The notes below the pieces were generated by a model. It made no database searches, was not told the DNA's origin, and worked only from the letters and a program-made list of their open reading frames with translations. This document shows positions 61,891 to 64,000 of a stretch of DNA of 64,000 bases, piece after piece (the stretch's first letter is position 1; the number at the start of each line of letters is the position of its first letter). The stretch is from Haliotis rubra (taxonomy: Eukaryota): assembly GCF_003918875.1 (NCBI RefSeq), contig NW_025766990.1:434001-498000 (forward strand), read 5' to 3'. The position numbers and the translations under genes were made by a program.

Positions 61891-64000
61891 AATTGCTAAA
61901 GTGACTGTGGCTGTATATGTGAAATTAGAGATTACTTCTATGTTTAGTAAAGTCACATGTCCCTTTAACTCAAATTTAGAAAAGAGATTATATTTACATT
62001 ACGTAACATATATAGATATCTAACCCAAATATGGACAGAGAAATTGCTTTCGTGAGTGAGTTAAGTTTTAGGCCGATTTCAGCAATATTCCCGCAATATC
62101 ACAGCGGGGGACACCAGGGATGGGTTCACACATTGTACCCATGTGGGGAATCGAACCGGAGTCTCCGGTGTAACGAACAAACGCTTTAACAACTGGGCTA
62201 CTAAAAGTTTGAATTTAAAAATTGCGTCAGTGAACTCCGCCCAACAATTAATGGTAAAGACTTTACCAGCATGTCACCAGCATGTTGTTTACTTTCTAGA
62301 GAGATAGCCGTTTGACATTCAGTGTCCCCTGTCTATCTCCCATCAAATCTGCGTATTGAACTAGACTACCCACTGCTCATTGAATATATAAGTGCTCGTC
62401 GACTAGATCCCCCAACAACCACTCCGCATCCCCCAACAACCGCTCCATCTTCTTGTAATGTGATGCTATTTGCAGTGTCACCGGCTGGCTTTATTACATA
62501 ACCCGGTCGCCTGGCTGAGAGTGTCGCCTGTTTACCTTCCTAATCACAATAGCTGTTATCGAGTTTCTAATTATCGCATGTTCTGGTGTTACGTGCTCGC
62601 ATCCCGCGATCTATACTGACAAGCAAAAGTAAGAGAACGGATGAACTGATAGTGAAGGTCTAATGACGGTATATGTATGTAAAATTAATTTCGGGCGAGA
62701 AGGTCAGAATGTGGTGTGTTATCCATGTTGAGCGAAACGTGACACTTTGGTGATTTTTTGCCTGTTTTGTTGTTTAACGTCGCACTCAGCAATATTCCAG
62801 CTATATGGCGGCGGTCTGTCAAAAATCGAGTCGGGACCAGACAACCCAGTCATCAACAGCATGAGCATCGATCTACGTAACTGGGATACGCCTACATGTG
62901 TCAACCAAGTCAGCGAGTCTGACCACCCGATCCCGTTAGTCGCCTCTTACGACAAGCATGGGTTACTGAAGACCAATCCTAACCCGGATCTTGACGGGTA
63001 ATGACTTTTTGATTTAAACTTCTGTGTAGGTGACTTGTCGCCCGCAAATTCACTTGAAGCGCTACCACAAGCTATGCCACGCTAGCGGGTGCTGGGTGTC
63101 TGGTTTACACTCTCCACCCAAGAACATCCCACAGATGTTGGGGACATGACCATCTGGGGACAAGCCAAGCGGCGACTATACATTACGTGTCAATATCCGT
63201 ATTCCTTGTCATCGGAGAAAATCGATTGCCTGTGCAAAATATGTGAATGACATTGTTAAAAATATCTGCCGATACTTCGTCAACATATCGATAGCAAGTC
63301 AAATGTCCATTCTAATTCACTTAAATCCATAAACTAAATCAGTTTGCCTGTCATGTGTGATACCGACTAGACTGAGACATTACCGATCTTGATCAAGAAT
63401 TGTGACTCTGGCATGCATTGCCGCTACGTTTGCCGACAACCTGTTATGCCATCTGTGAGTAGGAGTCAAAATCGTGAATCGCCTGTAGTGAGTGAGTATA
63501 GTTTTACGCCGCTTCTAGCAATATTCTAGCAATATCAAGGCGGGAGACGCCGGAAATGGGCTTCTCACAATTTCCACAACCCGGGTCTTCGGCGTGACGA
63601 GCAAACGCTTTAACCACTAGGCTACCCCGCCACCCCGAATCGCCTGTAGACAAGGCGTAACGTCATTGACTGATAGTCCGTACCGGGGCGGTGGGGTAGC
63701 CTAGTGGTTAATCCCCACATGGGTACAATGTGTGAAGCCCATTTCTGGTGTCCCCCGCCATGATGTTGCTGGAATATTGCTAAAAGCGGCGTAAAACCAA
63801 ACTCAGTCAGTCAGTCAGATAGTCCGTACCTGGTGCTGCCCGGACAAACCCGATATTTGCCGCCTTCACAGGAAGCCATTGAAAGCTAGAAGCTGAAATT
63901 CGCCTTCTTGTTTTTGTACGAATTTTTCTTCCATTAACAGGAAATTTGAATCTTCTGCGAAACGTAATTAACGCAGTGAGACGACCCTGTCTTGGTGTCG

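Overview
AT-rich, repeat-dense animal (eukaryotic) genomic DNA, not prokaryotic. The SINE complement points to a mollusc, possibly abalone-like (inference). No complete intact protein-coding gene lies in the window, and almost all long ORFs in the track are artefacts of minisatellites or SINEs. Positions 1-23.2 kb look like the CpG-depleted 5' intronic part of a minus-strand gene. Its main CpG-rich promoter is at ~23.2 kb, and several candidate alternative first exons (23131, 18282, 5454) all end in phase-1 donors; the gene body must continue left of the window. The right part is intergenic. It holds an old inverted duplication (~26.1-29.7 kb vs ~35.6-39.0 kb) around a 23-bp satellite, and a 5.5-kb tandem duplication (38457-43947 / 43948-51162) whose second copy carries a decayed Tc1 transposon. 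It also has a Merlin-type MITE carrying telomere-like (CCCTAA)n, several hAT/Harbinger MITEs and decayed coding fragments. Three SINE families with related 3' tails occur throughout. One has no tRNA head and instead starts with a covarying, pseudoknot-capable RNA fold, a candidate ribozyme or structured RNA.
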